Made by a program: the position numbers and the translations under genes. DNA of 64,000 bases from Acidimicrobiia bacterium (GTDB taxonomy: Bacteria > Actinomycetota > Acidimicrobiia > Spongiisociales > ZC4RG35), in the NCBI GenBank assembly GCA_035292685.1, contig DATDPP010000079.1:170971-234970 (forward strand), written 5' to 3'. How positions within the stretch are numbered: the first letter of the stretch is position 1; every line of letters starts with the position of its first letter. The notes below the pieces were generated by a model. The model was not told where the DNA came from and did no database searches. It saw only the letters and a list, made by a program, of their open reading frames with translations. Positions 8,223 through 19,457 of the stretch are shown in pieces.

Positions 8223-9212
8223 TCAGATCAATCCCAGCGCTCTCACCGCCTCCCTCTCCTCGACCAGCTCGGCGACCGAGGCATCGATCCTGACCGTGGA
8301 GTAGTCGTCGATATGGAGGCCCTGGACGATCTCCCAGGAGCCCTCCCGACACACACACGGGAACGATGAGATCAACCCTTCGGGGACACCGTACTCACCG
8401 TCAGACCGCACCCCCATCGAGACCCAGTCTCCATCAGGCGTTCCCGAGACCCAGTCCCGCACATGGGAGATGGCGGCGTTGGCCGCCGAGCCGGCCGACG
8501 ACGCCCCCCGGGCGGCGATGACGGCCGCTCCCCGGCCCGCCACGGTCGGGATGAAGACGTCGTTGACCCAGTCGTGGTCGGCAACCAACTCGTATGCCTG
8601 CTTCCCGTCGACCTCACAATGAAAGAGATCCGGGTACTGGGTCGATGAGTGGTTGCCCCAGATCGTCATCCTCCTCACCGAGGTGACCGGTCTGCCGGTG
8701 CGCAGCGCAAGTTGGCTGATCGCCCGGTTGTGGTCCAAACGGGTCATCGCGGTGAAGCTACGGGGATCGACCCCCTGGGCGTTGTTCATTGCGATCAGGG
8801 CATTGGTGTTCGCCGGGTTCCCCACCACCAAGACCTTCACGTCGGGGCTGGCCGTGGCGGCCAGGGCCCGCCCCTGGACAGTGAAAATGGCGCCATTGGC
8901 CGTGAGCAGGTCTGAGCGCTCCATCCCGGCCTTGCGCGGCATGGCTCCCGCCAGGAGCGCAATGTCGACGCCATCGAAGGCCGATTCGGCATCGTCGGTC
9001 ATCACCAATCCGGCGAGAAGTGGGAAGGCGCCGTCCTCCAACTCCATTGCTACCCCTTCGAGGGCTGGCATGGCAGGAGTGATCTCCAGCATTTGAAGGA
9101 TGACCGGTTGTTCCCGGCCCAGCATCTCCCCGGCGGCGATCCTGAAAAGCAGGCTGTAGCCGATCTGGCCGGCGGCGCCGGTGACCGCAACCCGCACTGG
9201 CTGGTCATTCAT
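8223..9212 (-). CDS. mdh: Malate dehydrogenase (LDH-like cytosolic MDH family).
   Basis: [24 protein letters not shown]...[13 protein letters not shown]...TRLDHNRA are canonical MDH motifs. Confidence 0.9.
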   Translation of the reverse strand: MNDQPVRVAVTGAAGQIGYSLLFRIAAGEMLGREQPVILQMLEITPAMPALEGVAMELEDGAFPLLAGLVMTDDAESAFDGVDIALLAGAMPRKAGMERSDLLTANGAIFTVQGRALAATASPDVKVLVVGNPANTNALIAMNNAQGVDPRSFTAMTRLDHNRAISQLALRTGRPVTSVRRMTIWGNHSSTQYPDLFHCEVDGKQAYELVADHDWVNDVFIPTVAGRGAAVIAARGASSAGSAANAAISHVRDWVSGTPDGDWVSMGVRSDGEYGVPEGLISSFPCVCREGSWEIVQGLHIDDYSTVRIDASVAELVEEREAVRALGLI

Positions 9213-9238
9213 ATGGTGGCCAAACTACGCCCCACAAG

Positions 9239-10078
9239 TCAGGTCATGAAATCGAGTGCGATGTCCATTTGAGGGGCAGAGTGGGTGATCCAGCCCACTG
9301 AGATGATGTCGACACCGGTCGATGCAATCGACCGAACGTTGTCCAACGTCACCCCGCCGGATGCCTCGGTGATCAGGCGCCCGGCGGTCATTTCGACTGC
9401 CGACCGCAGGGTCTCCAGGTCCATGTTGTCGAGCAGCACCCGATCGGCCTTGGTTTTCAGAACTGCTTCGAGCTGCACCAGGGTCTCCACCTCGACCTCG
9501 ACGGTGATGCCTGGGCCAACCCGCTCCCGGGCCGCGTTCACGGCGCGCTCGATGTCCCCGATGGCAGCGATGTGGTTGTCCTTGATCAGCACCGCATCGA
9601 ACAGCCCCACCCGATGATTGACCCCTCCCCCAATCAACACCGCGTACTTGTCAAGGAGACGCATCCCCGGCATGGTCTTTCGGGTGTCCGAGATGCGGGC
9701 ACCGGTCCCCTCAACCGCTGATACGAACAAGGTAGTCGCCGTGGCCACACCCGACATCCGTCCCAGGATGTTGAGGGCGGTGCGCTCGGCACGGAGCAGC
9801 GATCTGGCCAATCCCCCCACGGTGGCGATGGCTTGCCCGGGGGAAACCCGATCACCATCTGTCACCAAGGCGGCAAATGCCGAGGCCGGGTCGATTGACT
9901 CGAATACATAAGCGCCGACCTCGAGCCCGGCGACGACACCGTCGGAGCGGGCGACGACCCCAGCTCTCGCCTGCGTCTCCTCGGGGACGCACGCGTCGCT
10001 GGTCAGGTCTCCGGCTGAGCCCAGGTCCTCGGCGAGAGCTCGCCCTACCAGGTCTGTGTAGGCGGACCGATCGATCAC
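9239..10078 (-). CDS. nadC: Nicotinate-nucleotide pyrophosphorylase (quinolinate phosphoribosyltransferase).
   Basis: Full-length similarity to the NadC family (LLDKYAVLIGGGVNHRVGLFDAVLIKDNH). Overlaps nadB by 4 bp. Confidence 0.88.
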   Translation of the reverse strand: MIDRSAYTDLVGRALAEDLGSAGDLTSDACVPEETQARAGVVARSDGVVAGLEVGAYVFESIDPASAFAALVTDGDRVSPGQAIATVGGLARSLLRAERTALNILGRMSGVATATTLFVSAVEGTGARISDTRKTMPGMRLLDKYAVLIGGGVNHRVGLFDAVLIKDNHIAAIGDIERAVNAARERVGPGITVEVEVETLVQLEAVLKTKADRVLLDNMDLETLRSAVEMTAGRLITEASGGVTLDNVRSIASTGVDIISVGWITHSAPQMDIALDFMT

Positions 10079-11589
10079 GTCACCGCCACCAGGTCTGCCC
10101 GGGTAGGGTCGATCAGAGTCCGGTGCTCTTGCATCGGGTCGGGCTCCGGGTAGTCGGCGCGGTAGTGGCCGCCCCGTGACTCGCTTCTCCGAAGTGCCGC
10201 CAGAACCACCATCAGCGAGAGGTCGGCGGCCACCCGCCCCGCGATCGTCCGGCGAAGGACGTTGTCGAGCTCAAGCAGGTGATTGCGGGCTTCCCAGAGC
10301 CCGGCGCCGGTCCGAACCAAACCGACCCGATCCCACATGACCTGGCGCAGCTCCTCGAGCGCCGGCCCGGCGACCAGAGGCAGGTCGAATGCTTCTTTCG
10401 GCGCCATCGGCTCACCGTCGGGCTCGACCAGGTTGCGCCCGACGTCGGAGGAGGCTCGGGCGCCAAAGACCAGGCCCTCGAGAAGAGAGTTGGAGGCGAG
10501 CCGGTTGGCGCCGTGAACACCGCTCGAGCTGCACTCCCCCACCGCCCACAGGCCTTCGATCGATGTGCGGCCGTTGGAGTCGGTGTCGATGCCCCCCATG
10601 TAGTAGTGGGCCGCCGGTGACACCGGGAGCAGGTCTTCGCCGGGGTCGAGGCCCACAGAATGGGCATGGGCGTTCACCGTCGGGAAGCGTTCGGGGAAGT
10701 TGACGAGGGACCGGGCGTCGAGATAGGCGCCCATCCCCTTGTCGTATTGCCAGAAGATGGCCCTGGCGACGATGTCACGGGGCGCCAATTCGGCCATCGG
10801 GTGGTACTGATCCATGAACCTCCGGCCGTGGGCGTCGACCAGGATGGCGCCCTCGCCCCTGAGCGCCTCCGTCAGCAGCGGCATCGGATCCTTGCCGGCG
10901 AGGAGCGCCGTCGGGTGGAACTGGACGAATTCGAGGTCGGCCAACCGGGTGCCGACCCGCCCCGCCATTGCGATGCCGTCGCCGGTGACACCCGGGGGGT
11001 TGGTGGTGCGTGAGTAAAGACGGCCGGCCCCGCCGGTCGCCATCACCACCGCGGGTGCCAGCACCACATCGCGTTGCTTGCCATCAGCAGTGACCGCTCC
11101 GATCACGCGGCCGTCGGCCATCACCAGGTCGACCACCCTTCGCTCGATGATCTGGATCCGGTCCGAGGCCTGCGCCGCAGCGGTGAGGGCGCGCATGATC
11201 TCGGCACCAGTGGCGTCGCCGTCGGCGTGGACGACTCTTCTCCTCTGGTGCCCACCTTCCCGTCCGAGGGACAGGCCACCGTCGTCATCGCGGTCGAACT
11301 CGGCGCCGAGCGCGATGAGGTTGTCGATGGCGGCCGGTCCTCCCTTGGTCAGGACATCGACGACATTTCTCACCGCCAGGCCGCCGGAGACATTGAACGT
11401 GTCGTCGGCGTGAAGCTGGGGCGAGTCCTCATCGGAGAGTGCGGCTGCGATCCCTCCCTGGGCCCACCAGGTGGAGCCCATCTCGGGCGCCGACATCAGA
11501 TAGGCACGGGGGAGCCCGAGGGCGACGGTGAGCCCGGCGACGCCGGCACCCACGATCAGTGGGGCGTCGAGGCGGGTGATATCCGTCAT
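10075..11589 (-). CDS. nadB: L-aspartate oxidase.
   Basis: FAD-binding N-terminus IVGAGVAGL plus QGGIAAAL and the FVQFHPTAL motif. Confidence 0.9.
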   Translation of the reverse strand: MTDITRLDAPLIVGAGVAGLTVALGLPRAYLMSAPEMGSTWWAQGGIAAALSDEDSPQLHADDTFNVSGGLAVRNVVDVLTKGGPAAIDNLIALGAEFDRDDDGGLSLGREGGHQRRRVVHADGDATGAEIMRALTAAAQASDRIQIIERRVVDLVMADGRVIGAVTADGKQRDVVLAPAVVMATGGAGRLYSRTTNPPGVTGDGIAMAGRVGTRLADLEFVQFHPTALLAGKDPMPLLTEALRGEGAILVDAHGRRFMDQYHPMAELAPRDIVARAIFWQYDKGMGAYLDARSLVNFPERFPTVNAHAHSVGLDPGEDLLPVSPAAHYYMGGIDTDSNGRTSIEGLWAVGECSSSGVHGANRLASNSLLEGLVFGARASSDVGRNLVEPDGEPMAPKEAFDLPLVAGPALEELRQVMWDRVGLVRTGAGLWEARNHLLELDNVLRRTIAGRVAADLSLMVVLAALRRSESRGGHYRADYPEPDPMQEHRTLIDPTRADLVAVT

Positions 11590-11598
11590 CGGATGGTC

Positions 11599-12567
11599 CT
11601 AGTCCTGACGGCCGACTTCGAGCATACGGGTAACTGCCCTGCGGGCTCGCCCGGCAATTTCCGGATCGATCTCGATCTGGTGGGTGAGTGTGGCGAGCGA
11701 GTCCCTGATGTTGTGGAGCGTTATCCGCTTCATGTGGGGGCAGAGATTGCAGGGGCGGATGTATTCGGTGTCTGGTGTCGCGCCGGCGACGTTGTCCGCC
11801 ATCGAGCACTCCGTGATCATCATCACCCGGTCCGGATGGTTGGTGGTGACCCATTGGATCATCCCGTGTGTCGATCCGACGTAGTCGGCCTCTGCCAGGA
11901 CGTCGGGTGGGCACTCGGGATGGGCGATGACCTTGAGCCCCTCGACACCCCGACGGTAGTCCGAAATCTCCTCGCCGGTGAAGCGCTCATGGACGATGCA
12001 TGACCCTTCCCAGAGGACGACCTCGACGTCGGTCTGGCTGGCGACCCACATCCCCAGGTACTTGTCCGGTGTGAAGATCACCTTGTCCACCCCCAGCGAC
12101 TCGACCACGGCGACCGCGTTGCTGGAGGTGCAGGTGATGTCCGACTCGGCCTTGACCTCGGCCGAGGTGTTGACGTAGGTGACCACCGGAACCCCCGGGT
12201 GCTGCTCTTTGAGGGCCCGCACATCGGAACCGGTGATGCCGTCAGCCAGTGAGCATCCCGCCCTGAGGTCGGGGATGAGCACCATCTTCTCCGGGTTGAT
12301 GATCTTGGCCGTCTCCGCCATGAAATGGACCCCGGCGAGGACGATTACTTCGGCTTCGGTCTCGAGTGCGGTCTGGGCCAGCGCCAGCGAGTCACCTTTG
12401 ATGTCGGCCGCGAGGTGATAGATGTCCGGCGTCATGTAGTTGTGGGCGGCGACGATGGCGTTGCGCTCCTTCTTCCACCAGTTGATCTCGTCGATCAAAG
12501 GCTGGAGCGCGACGACCTCCGCCTCGGGGAGGACATCCGTGGCCCGGGTGATTGCGATCGGTGTCAT
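11599..12567 (-). CDS. nadA: Quinolinate synthase A.
   Basis: NadA family throughout (AHNYMTPDIY, VHFMAETAKI, CSMADN, CPHMKRITL). Confidence 0.9.
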   Translation of the reverse strand: MTPIAITRATDVLPEAEVVALQPLIDEINWWKKERNAIVAAHNYMTPDIYHLAADIKGDSLALAQTALETEAEVIVLAGVHFMAETAKIINPEKMVLIPDLRAGCSLADGITGSDVRALKEQHPGVPVVTYVNTSAEVKAESDITCTSSNAVAVVESLGVDKVIFTPDKYLGMWVASQTDVEVVLWEGSCIVHERFTGEEISDYRRGVEGLKVIAHPECPPDVLAEADYVGSTHGMIQWVTTNHPDRVMMITECSMADNVAGATPDTEYIRPCNLCPHMKRITLHNIRDSLATLTHQIEIDPEIAGRARRAVTRMLEVGRQD

Positions 12568-12705
12568 CTAAGGGAAGTGTAAGACCCGCCGCCGGTCAGC
12601 CACCGGGGACGGCTCCGGGGAACGCCCCCTCTCCGGCTAATCCAGTACTCCGCCCTCACTTCGCTCGTGTCTTGACACACTCACTTCGTTCGCTGGGGGA
12701 CAGAT

Positions 12706-13908
<1,203 letters not shown>

Positions 13909-13991
13909 AGCGAAAGACTCCTGGAGAATCGGTTACGGGGCCAGGGACACTAGCGGAGAGCCCGGATCCCCCAGATTCGTCCCCGGTCCCG

Positions 13992-14837
13992 TCAAGCGCG
14001 GCGGATACCGGCGGCAGTGAGCGTGTTGACCAGCAGCATTGCCCTCGTCATCGGGCCCACCCCGCCCGGCACGGGCGTGATCGCCCCGGCCACCTTCCGG
14101 ACCGCCTCGAAGTCGACGTCCCCCACGACGCCCTTCTCGGTCCTGTTGATCCCAACGTCGATCACCGTGGCCCCAGGCTTCACGAAGTCCGCCGTGACCA
14201 ACTCGGCCGAGCCCACCGCCGCCACCAGAATGTCCGCCTCGCGGGCCACTGCGGCCAGGTCCCTGGTGCGGGAATGACCTACCGACACGGTGGCATCGAC
14301 ACCCTTGCTGGCGAGCATCAAGGCCAGCGGCCGACCCACCAGGAACGACCTACCAATCACCATCGCCCGGGCACCCGAGATCGGTATGTCGTAGTGCTCC
14401 AGGATCCTCATGATCCCGCTCGGGGTGCACGGCCTAAGCCCGGGCCGGTCGAGCACCAGCAACCCGAGGTTGTGCGGATGCAGCCCATCCACGTCCTTCC
14501 CCGGGGCTATCGCCTCAACGATCCGCTGCGAGTCGAGGTCGCCAGGCAGGGGCAGTTGCACCAGGATCCCGTCGATAGAGTCGTCGGCGTTGAGCTCATC
14601 GATGAGCCCTTCCAGTTCTCCCTGGGATACCTCGGCGCCCAACTCGTGATGCATCGAGACGATGCCCACCTCGGCGGCGTCCTTCCGCTTGCCCCTCACG
14701 TAGGTGTGAGACGCCTGGTCGTCGCCCACCAGGACTGTCGCCAGCCCCGGCGAGTAGTCGAGCCTGGCGACTGCCTCTGCGACCTCGGCCTTGACCGCGG
14801 CTGCAACTGCCTTCCCGTCGAGGATCAGTGCGCTCAT
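13992..14837 (-). CDS. folD: Bifunctional 5,10-methylene-THF dehydrogenase/cyclohydrolase.
   Basis: ILDGKAVA, YVRGKRKDA, VQLPLP, PCTP and VVGRSFLVGRPLA are FolD motifs. Confidence 0.9.
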   Translation of the reverse strand: MSALILDGKAVAAAVKAEVAEAVARLDYSPGLATVLVGDDQASHTYVRGKRKDAAEVGIVSMHHELGAEVSQGELEGLIDELNADDSIDGILVQLPLPGDLDSQRIVEAIAPGKDVDGLHPHNLGLLVLDRPGLRPCTPSGIMRILEHYDIPISGARAMVIGRSFLVGRPLALMLASKGVDATVSVGHSRTRDLAAVAREADILVAAVGSAELVTADFVKPGATVIDVGINRTEKGVVGDVDFEAVRKVAGAITPVPGGVGPMTRAMLLVNTLTAAGIRRA

Positions 14838-16342
14838 CAGTGGCGGAAATGCCTGTTGCTGGCGAACACGAGGGCGATCCCGTGCTCGTTGGCGGCATCG
14901 ATCACTTCCTGGTCGTTGCGAGACCCGCCAGGTTCGATCACCGCGGTCACCCCGGCGCCGGCCAGGGCGTCGAGACCGTCGCGGAACGGGAAGAAGGCAT
15001 CGGAGGCGGCAGCTCCACCTCGGGCCCGATCGCCTGCCTTGACCACCGCCCGCTCGGCCGCTCCCACCCGCGACTGGTCGCCGGCACCGACACCGATCGC
15101 TGCCTGGTCCTTGACGATCACGATCGCATTCGACTTGGTGTGCATCGCCACGGTCCAGGCAAAAGCTAGGTCGAGTCTCTCCTCCTCGGTCGGGCTCCGC
15201 TCGGACACGACCTCCCAGGCGTCGTTGTCCTTCTCGTCGCGATCCTGCACCAAAAAGCCCTCCTCGAGACGGCTCATGTCGGGGTCGCCGTGGCCGGGCG
15301 GGCCCGCCGCCAGGACACGGACTGCGCTCTTCTGACCCAGCACGGTGAGCGCCTCATCGGTAACTCCGGCGCATATCAGCACCTCGACGAATTTCTCGCT
15401 GATCGATCGAGCCGTCTTCTCCTCCACCACCCCGTTGACCGCGATCACCCCGCCGAACGCCGACATCGGGTCACATGCCCACGCCTGCTCGAAGGTGTCC
15501 GCAACCGAGTCGCCACGGGCTGCACCGCACGGGTTGGTGTGCTTGACGATGACAACCATGCCCGGCTCGGCATTGGCCAATCTCCAGGCGGCCTCGGCGT
15601 CGGCATAGTTGTTGAAGGACATCTCCTTGCCCTGGTGCTGGACGGCATCCCGCCACCAGGGCCGGGCGCCTTCCTCGACGTAGAGCGCCGCCTCCTGATG
15701 CGGGTTCTCCCCATATCGCAGCTGCGAAACGAGACGCAGGGGGATCACCAGATCCTCTCCGATCCATCCCACTATCGCCGCGTCATAGGCCGCCGTACGA
15801 AAGAAGGCATCGGCCGCGAGCCGCTTCCGGAGGTCGTCTCCCAGCCCGCCGCTCTCGACTGCCTGCGCCACCTCTTCATACTGCTCCGGGGAGCTGACGA
15901 TCCCGACGTGGCGATGGTTCTTTGCCGCGGCACGGACCAGCGCCGGCCCCCCGATGTCGATCTTCTCTATGACCTCGTCGATGCTTGCCCCCGACGCCAC
16001 CGTTTCCCGGAACGGATAGAGATTCACCACCACCAGCTGGAAGGGCTCGATGGCGTTTGCCTCCAGGTCGGCTACGTCGGAGTCGACGTCGAGTCGGGCC
16101 AGGATCCCACCGTGGATCATCGGATGGAGGGTCTTCACCCTTCCCCCGAACATCTCCGGTGCCCCGGTCACCTCTTCCACCGTGGTCACCGCCACGCCGG
16201 CTTCCTCGAGCGCCTTCGCCGTCCCCCCTGAGGAGATCAGGTGGACGCCGGCTGCCTGGAGCCGCTGCGCAAAAGGAACGAGCCCCTCCTTGTCGTAGAC
16301 ACTGATCAGGGCCCTTGTCACCGGGACGACGCTCATCGCCAA
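14837..16342 (-). CDS. purH: Bifunctional AICAR transformylase / IMP cyclohydrolase.
   Basis: ALISVYDKEGL, GGTAKAL, VKTLHPMIHGGILA and DAFFPFRDG. Confidence 0.9.
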   Translation of the reverse strand: MAMSVVPVTRALISVYDKEGLVPFAQRLQAAGVHLISSGGTAKALEEAGVAVTTVEEVTGAPEMFGGRVKTLHPMIHGGILARLDVDSDVADLEANAIEPFQLVVVNLYPFRETVASGASIDEVIEKIDIGGPALVRAAAKNHRHVGIVSSPEQYEEVAQAVESGGLGDDLRKRLAADAFFRTAAYDAAIVGWIGEDLVIPLRLVSQLRYGENPHQEAALYVEEGARPWWRDAVQHQGKEMSFNNYADAEAAWRLANAEPGMVVIVKHTNPCGAARGDSVADTFEQAWACDPMSAFGGVIAVNGVVEEKTARSISEKFVEVLICAGVTDEALTVLGQKSAVRVLAAGPPGHGDPDMSRLEEGFLVQDRDEKDNDAWEVVSERSPTEEERLDLAFAWTVAMHTKSNAIVIVKDQAAIGVGAGDQSRVGAAERAVVKAGDRARGGAAASDAFFPFRDGLDALAGAGVTAVIEPGGSRNDQEVIDAANEHGIALVFASNRHFRH

Positions 16343-16935
16343 ATCACCTCCCCACCGACGACAGCGATCTCACCCGCCGTGAAGGCACGCACCACCCGCG
16401 GGTAGAGATCGTGCTCCTCGACCTGGATCCTGGCGTGAAGAGCGGCCACATCATCGCCAGGAAGGACGGGCACCGCCCGCTGGGCGATTATCAGGCCGTG
16501 GTCCACCTCCTCATCGACGAGATGAATCGTGACCCCGGTCACCTTGACCCCGTGGGCCAGCGCTTGCTCCACCGCGTTGGCCCCCGGGAACGCCGGGAGC
16601 AGGGAAGGGTGGATGTTGAGAATCCGATTCGGGAAACGATTGACGGCCTCCGCCGAAAGGATGCGCATGAACCCGGCGAGAACCATCAACTTGGCCCCGG
16701 CTGCCTCGACGGTGTCGGCAACAGCCTTGGAGAACTCGTGGCGCGATCCGAAATCGTCCCACGGAAGAACGGTGGTTGGGATCCCGGCCTGCTGGGCGCG
16801 ATCCAACGCCTTGATTCCGGGCCTGTCGGCGACCACGACCCGGATCCCGGCAACCAGGTCGGGGGAGTCGATCAAGGCTTGCAGATTCGAGCCCGAACCC
16901 GATACCAGAACTCCGACGTCGATGATGCCCTCCAC
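16333..16935 (-). CDS. purN: Phosphoribosylglycinamide formyltransferase.
   Basis: VLVSGSGSNLQALID and HPSLLPAFPG are PurN motifs. The tracked ORF start at 17001 would overlap the divergent rhodanese start, so the GTG at 16935 (VEGIIDVGVLVSG) is more plausible. Confidence 0.82.
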   Translation of the reverse strand: MEGIIDVGVLVSGSGSNLQALIDSPDLVAGIRVVVADRPGIKALDRAQQAGIPTTVLPWDDFGSRHEFSKAVADTVEAAGAKLMVLAGFMRILSAEAVNRFPNRILNIHPSLLPAFPGANAVEQALAHGVKVTGVTIHLVDEEVDHGLIIAQRAVPVLPGDDVAALHARIQVEEHDLYPRVVRAFTAGEIAVVGGEVIWR

Positions 16936-16994
16936 TGACGGCCGTTCATCGCCGTCACACGTGAAGGGGACTGTAGAACGTACGATGGCGGCGA

Positions 16995-17297
16995 ATGTCA
17001 CCCATCGAACAGGTGCCTGCCCCTGAATGGCGCACCTGGCTCTCAGTCAACCAGGGCATGATCCTCGATGTCAGAGAGCCTCATGAATGGGCCATGGGAA
17101 CCCTGCCCGACGCAGTACGGATCAGCATGGGCGACATACCCGATCGTGTTGAGGATCTGGTCGACGAGAAGGCTGTGCTCGTCGTCTGTCGCTCCGGGGT
17201 GAGAAGCGAGCAGGTAGCGGTTTTTCTCTTGATGAACGGGCTCGTCAGCGTCGCCAACCTGGCCGGTGGGATGAAAGCGTTGGGGATGCAGGACTGA
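16995..17297 (+). CDS. Rhodanese-like domain protein (single-domain sulfurtransferase).
   Basis: ILDVREPHEW...VLVVCRSGVRS is the rhodanese active-site Cys loop. The start may instead be the Met at 17058. Confidence 0.6.
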   Translation: MSPIEQVPAPEWRTWLSVNQGMILDVREPHEWAMGTLPDAVRISMGDIPDRVEDLVDEKAVLVVCRSGVRSEQVAVFLLMNGLVSVANLAGGMKALGMQD

Positions 17298-17351
17298 CCA
17301 GGTGCAATCGGCTGAGGCGCGCCTCGACCTGAAACCTGCGACACTTGCTCG

Positions 17352-17783
17352 ATGGACGAGGAAGGCAAGCTCCCGGGGTGGTTGCTACCCGTCGCCTTGG
17401 TCCTGGTGGTGGGGGCACTCGTTGCTGCCGGGCTGCTCCGGGAAGCGCCCGACCTGGACCCCTCGACACCGGAAGGCACAGTCCAGGCCTATCTCGAAGC
17501 CGTCTTCGCCGGAGACCAGGAGGCGGCAGCCGGCTACACCGACGGCGAGTGCGATTCAAATATCGGCCCCGGTAGCCCCACCGATGGCGTCACCGCCACT
17601 TTGGTCAGCGTCGAAGGTGACGACAACGCCACAACCGTCGTGGTCCGGCTCAGCCAGCCCTCACAGGACGCCTTCGGCGGTATGTTCGAATACGATGAGT
17701 GGTTCAACCTGGTCAACGAGGACGGCACCTGGGTGATCCATCAACCGGTCTGGCCCTATTCCTCTTACGGAGTCGACTGCTGA
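17352..17783 (+). CDS. Hypothetical membrane-anchored protein.
   Basis: N-terminal TM helix (LPVALVLVVGALVAAGLL). No family recognised. Confidence 0.35.
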   Translation: MDEEGKLPGWLLPVALVLVVGALVAAGLLREAPDLDPSTPEGTVQAYLEAVFAGDQEAAAGYTDGECDSNIGPGSPTDGVTATLVSVEGDDNATTVVVRLSQPSQDAFGGMFEYDEWFNLVNEDGTWVIHQPVWPYSSYGVDC

Positions 17784-17786
17784 CCC

Positions 17787-19418
17787 ATGACTTCGGTTAT
17801 CGCCCTCGTCATCCCCCTGGCCATCCTCGCCGGCATCGGTTTCCTCATCTGGAAACTGTGGAAACGTCGCCCTGATCAGCCGGATCACGAGGGGATCGAC
17901 CTCCTCCCCTATCTCATCCTGGCCATCGCGGTCGGGGTCGCCGCCTTCTCGCTGGCCCGCCTGGCCCGAGCCGGTCTCGCCGGGGATCGCCTGGCGGGCG
18001 ACAACACCAACGAGATCGCGGCGGCTCTCGCCGGGTTGGTGGTGGCGGCACCGGTCTCGTTCTTCCTGTGGCGTCGTCAGGCGCAGCGCCGAAAGCTCCA
18101 CCCCCGGCTGCCGGGCTGGCCGGTGTACCTGGCAGCGATCGAGGTCGTGTTCCTCACCGCCTTCTTCAACAGTGTGAATCAGGTGGCTCGAGCCATCTCG
18201 GACGATGTTGAGCTCAATCCGTGGACCAACCTCGTCGTGTATGGCGGCGTGGTCGCCTTTCATTGGTGGGCTGCGTTTCGCGAGCCGCCAAGCGGGGACG
18301 CCTCCGAACTGCCCCGACTCGTCGGTTCCGGGGTGGCGCTGATCGCCCTTGCCATCGGGCTCAACGGCGTCCTGACGTGGTTGCTCGAGCAGGGGTACCA
18401 AACGGTCTCCGAGGGAAGCCCGGTGCAGCCCCTCGACGACATCGCCTTTGCAACCAGCCTCGCCCTCCTCATCACCGGCGCCCCGATCTGGGCCTGGCGC
18501 TGGCTGCCGGCCTGGGATGAGGAGCCGACCGTCCTCCGCTCGTTGTACCTGGCGGGGTTCTCGGTCCTGTCCCTCACCGCCTCCCTCGGTGCCGGGATAA
18601 CCATCGTCGCGATGGTGCTCGGTTACGCGATCACCTCCACGGTTGACGCGGCACTGCACTTCGAGTCACTGCCCACCGCCATCTCCTTGCTTCTCGTGGC
18701 ATTCGGCATCTGGATTCATCACCGACGACGGATGGGCGAGAGCCGGAACCGGGGGGTCATCGGGTACGGCTACTCGATGACGGCCATCGGCCTGGGGACC
18801 CTGGTCGGAGCAGGAACGGGTCTGGTGACCCTGGTCTGGAATACCCCTCTGGCCGGAGACCCGACCCGACAGGGCTTGATCGGCCTTGGCCTGGCCGTGC
18901 TCGTCGCCGGGGCGGTCTGGTACTACTTCTGGCGCCAGGCTCAAAGACACCGACTCGAAGAGCTGCGATCGATACAGCGACGGGTCTACCTGATCGGAAT
19001 GGCCTTCATCCTCGGCCTGACCGCGGCTGGTGCCTTGATCGCAGTCCTGATCGTCGCCTTCCAGACCCTGCTCGGTGAGGGCGAGCAATCGACATCCTCA
19101 CTGCCCACATCGGTCAGCCTCACCGTGTTGGCGGGACTCGCGACCTGGCATCTGTTCACTGTTCTCCGCGCCGACGGGCCCCGCGAGGTGACACCAACAG
19201 GCGCTTCATTTGCGGTGACCGTCATCTGCTCGCATCCCGGCCCCCTGGCGACGATGTTTCCCAAGGAGGCCCGCCTGCGTGTTCTCTATCGGACAGACAG
19301 GGTAGGCATGGTCGACGAGGCCATGGCGGAACAGATCGTGGCCGCGGTGGGTGGAGAGCCGGCATATGTCTGGGTCGATCAGGACGGGTTCCGTACCGCT
19401 CCGGTCCGCCGCGACTGA
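17787..19418 (+). CDS. Polytopic integral membrane protein of unknown function with an internal duplication.
   Basis: Roughly 10 predicted TM helices. The motif (F/Y)(L/F)WR(R)QAQR(R/H)(K/R)L occurs twice (near residue 95 and near residue 385). Confidence 0.45.
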   Translation: MTSVIALVIPLAILAGIGFLIWKLWKRRPDQPDHEGIDLLPYLILAIAVGVAAFSLARLARAGLAGDRLAGDNTNEIAAALAGLVVAAPVSFFLWRRQAQRRKLHPRLPGWPVYLAAIEVVFLTAFFNSVNQVARAISDDVELNPWTNLVVYGGVVAFHWWAAFREPPSGDASELPRLVGSGVALIALAIGLNGVLTWLLEQGYQTVSEGSPVQPLDDIAFATSLALLITGAPIWAWRWLPAWDEEPTVLRSLYLAGFSVLSLTASLGAGITIVAMVLGYAITSTVDAALHFESLPTAISLLLVAFGIWIHHRRRMGESRNRGVIGYGYSMTAIGLGTLVGAGTGLVTLVWNTPLAGDPTRQGLIGLGLAVLVAGAVWYYFWRQAQRHRLEELRSIQRRVYLIGMAFILGLTAAGALIAVLIVAFQTLLGEGEQSTSSLPTSVSLTVLAGLATWHLFTVLRADGPREVTPTGASFAVTVICSHPGPLATMFPKEARLRVLYRTDRVGMVDEAMAEQIVAAVGGEPAYVWVDQDGFRTAPVRRD

Positions 19419-19457
19419 TTTCGGCATCGACCCCGGCCTCTGGGAGCATTCCGGCCC

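Noticed and set aside
11074-12003. 309-aa ORF on the + strand, with further small ORFs inside nadB/nadA.
   Set aside because: Antisense to nadB and nadA, both of which are full-length and highly conserved.
15290-16231. 313-aa ORF on the + strand.
   Set aside because: Antisense to purH. Shadow ORF.
16995-17001. Divergent genes (purN and rhodanese) apparently overlapping at their start codons.
   Set aside because: This is most likely a start-site artefact. PurN probably starts at the GTG at 16935, immediately before its G-loop VLVSGSGSNL. It is not a real overlap.
17661-18659. 332-aa ORF on the - strand.
   Set aside because: Antisense to the 543-aa polytopic membrane protein gene. Arg/Gly/Asp/Glu-rich shadow composition.
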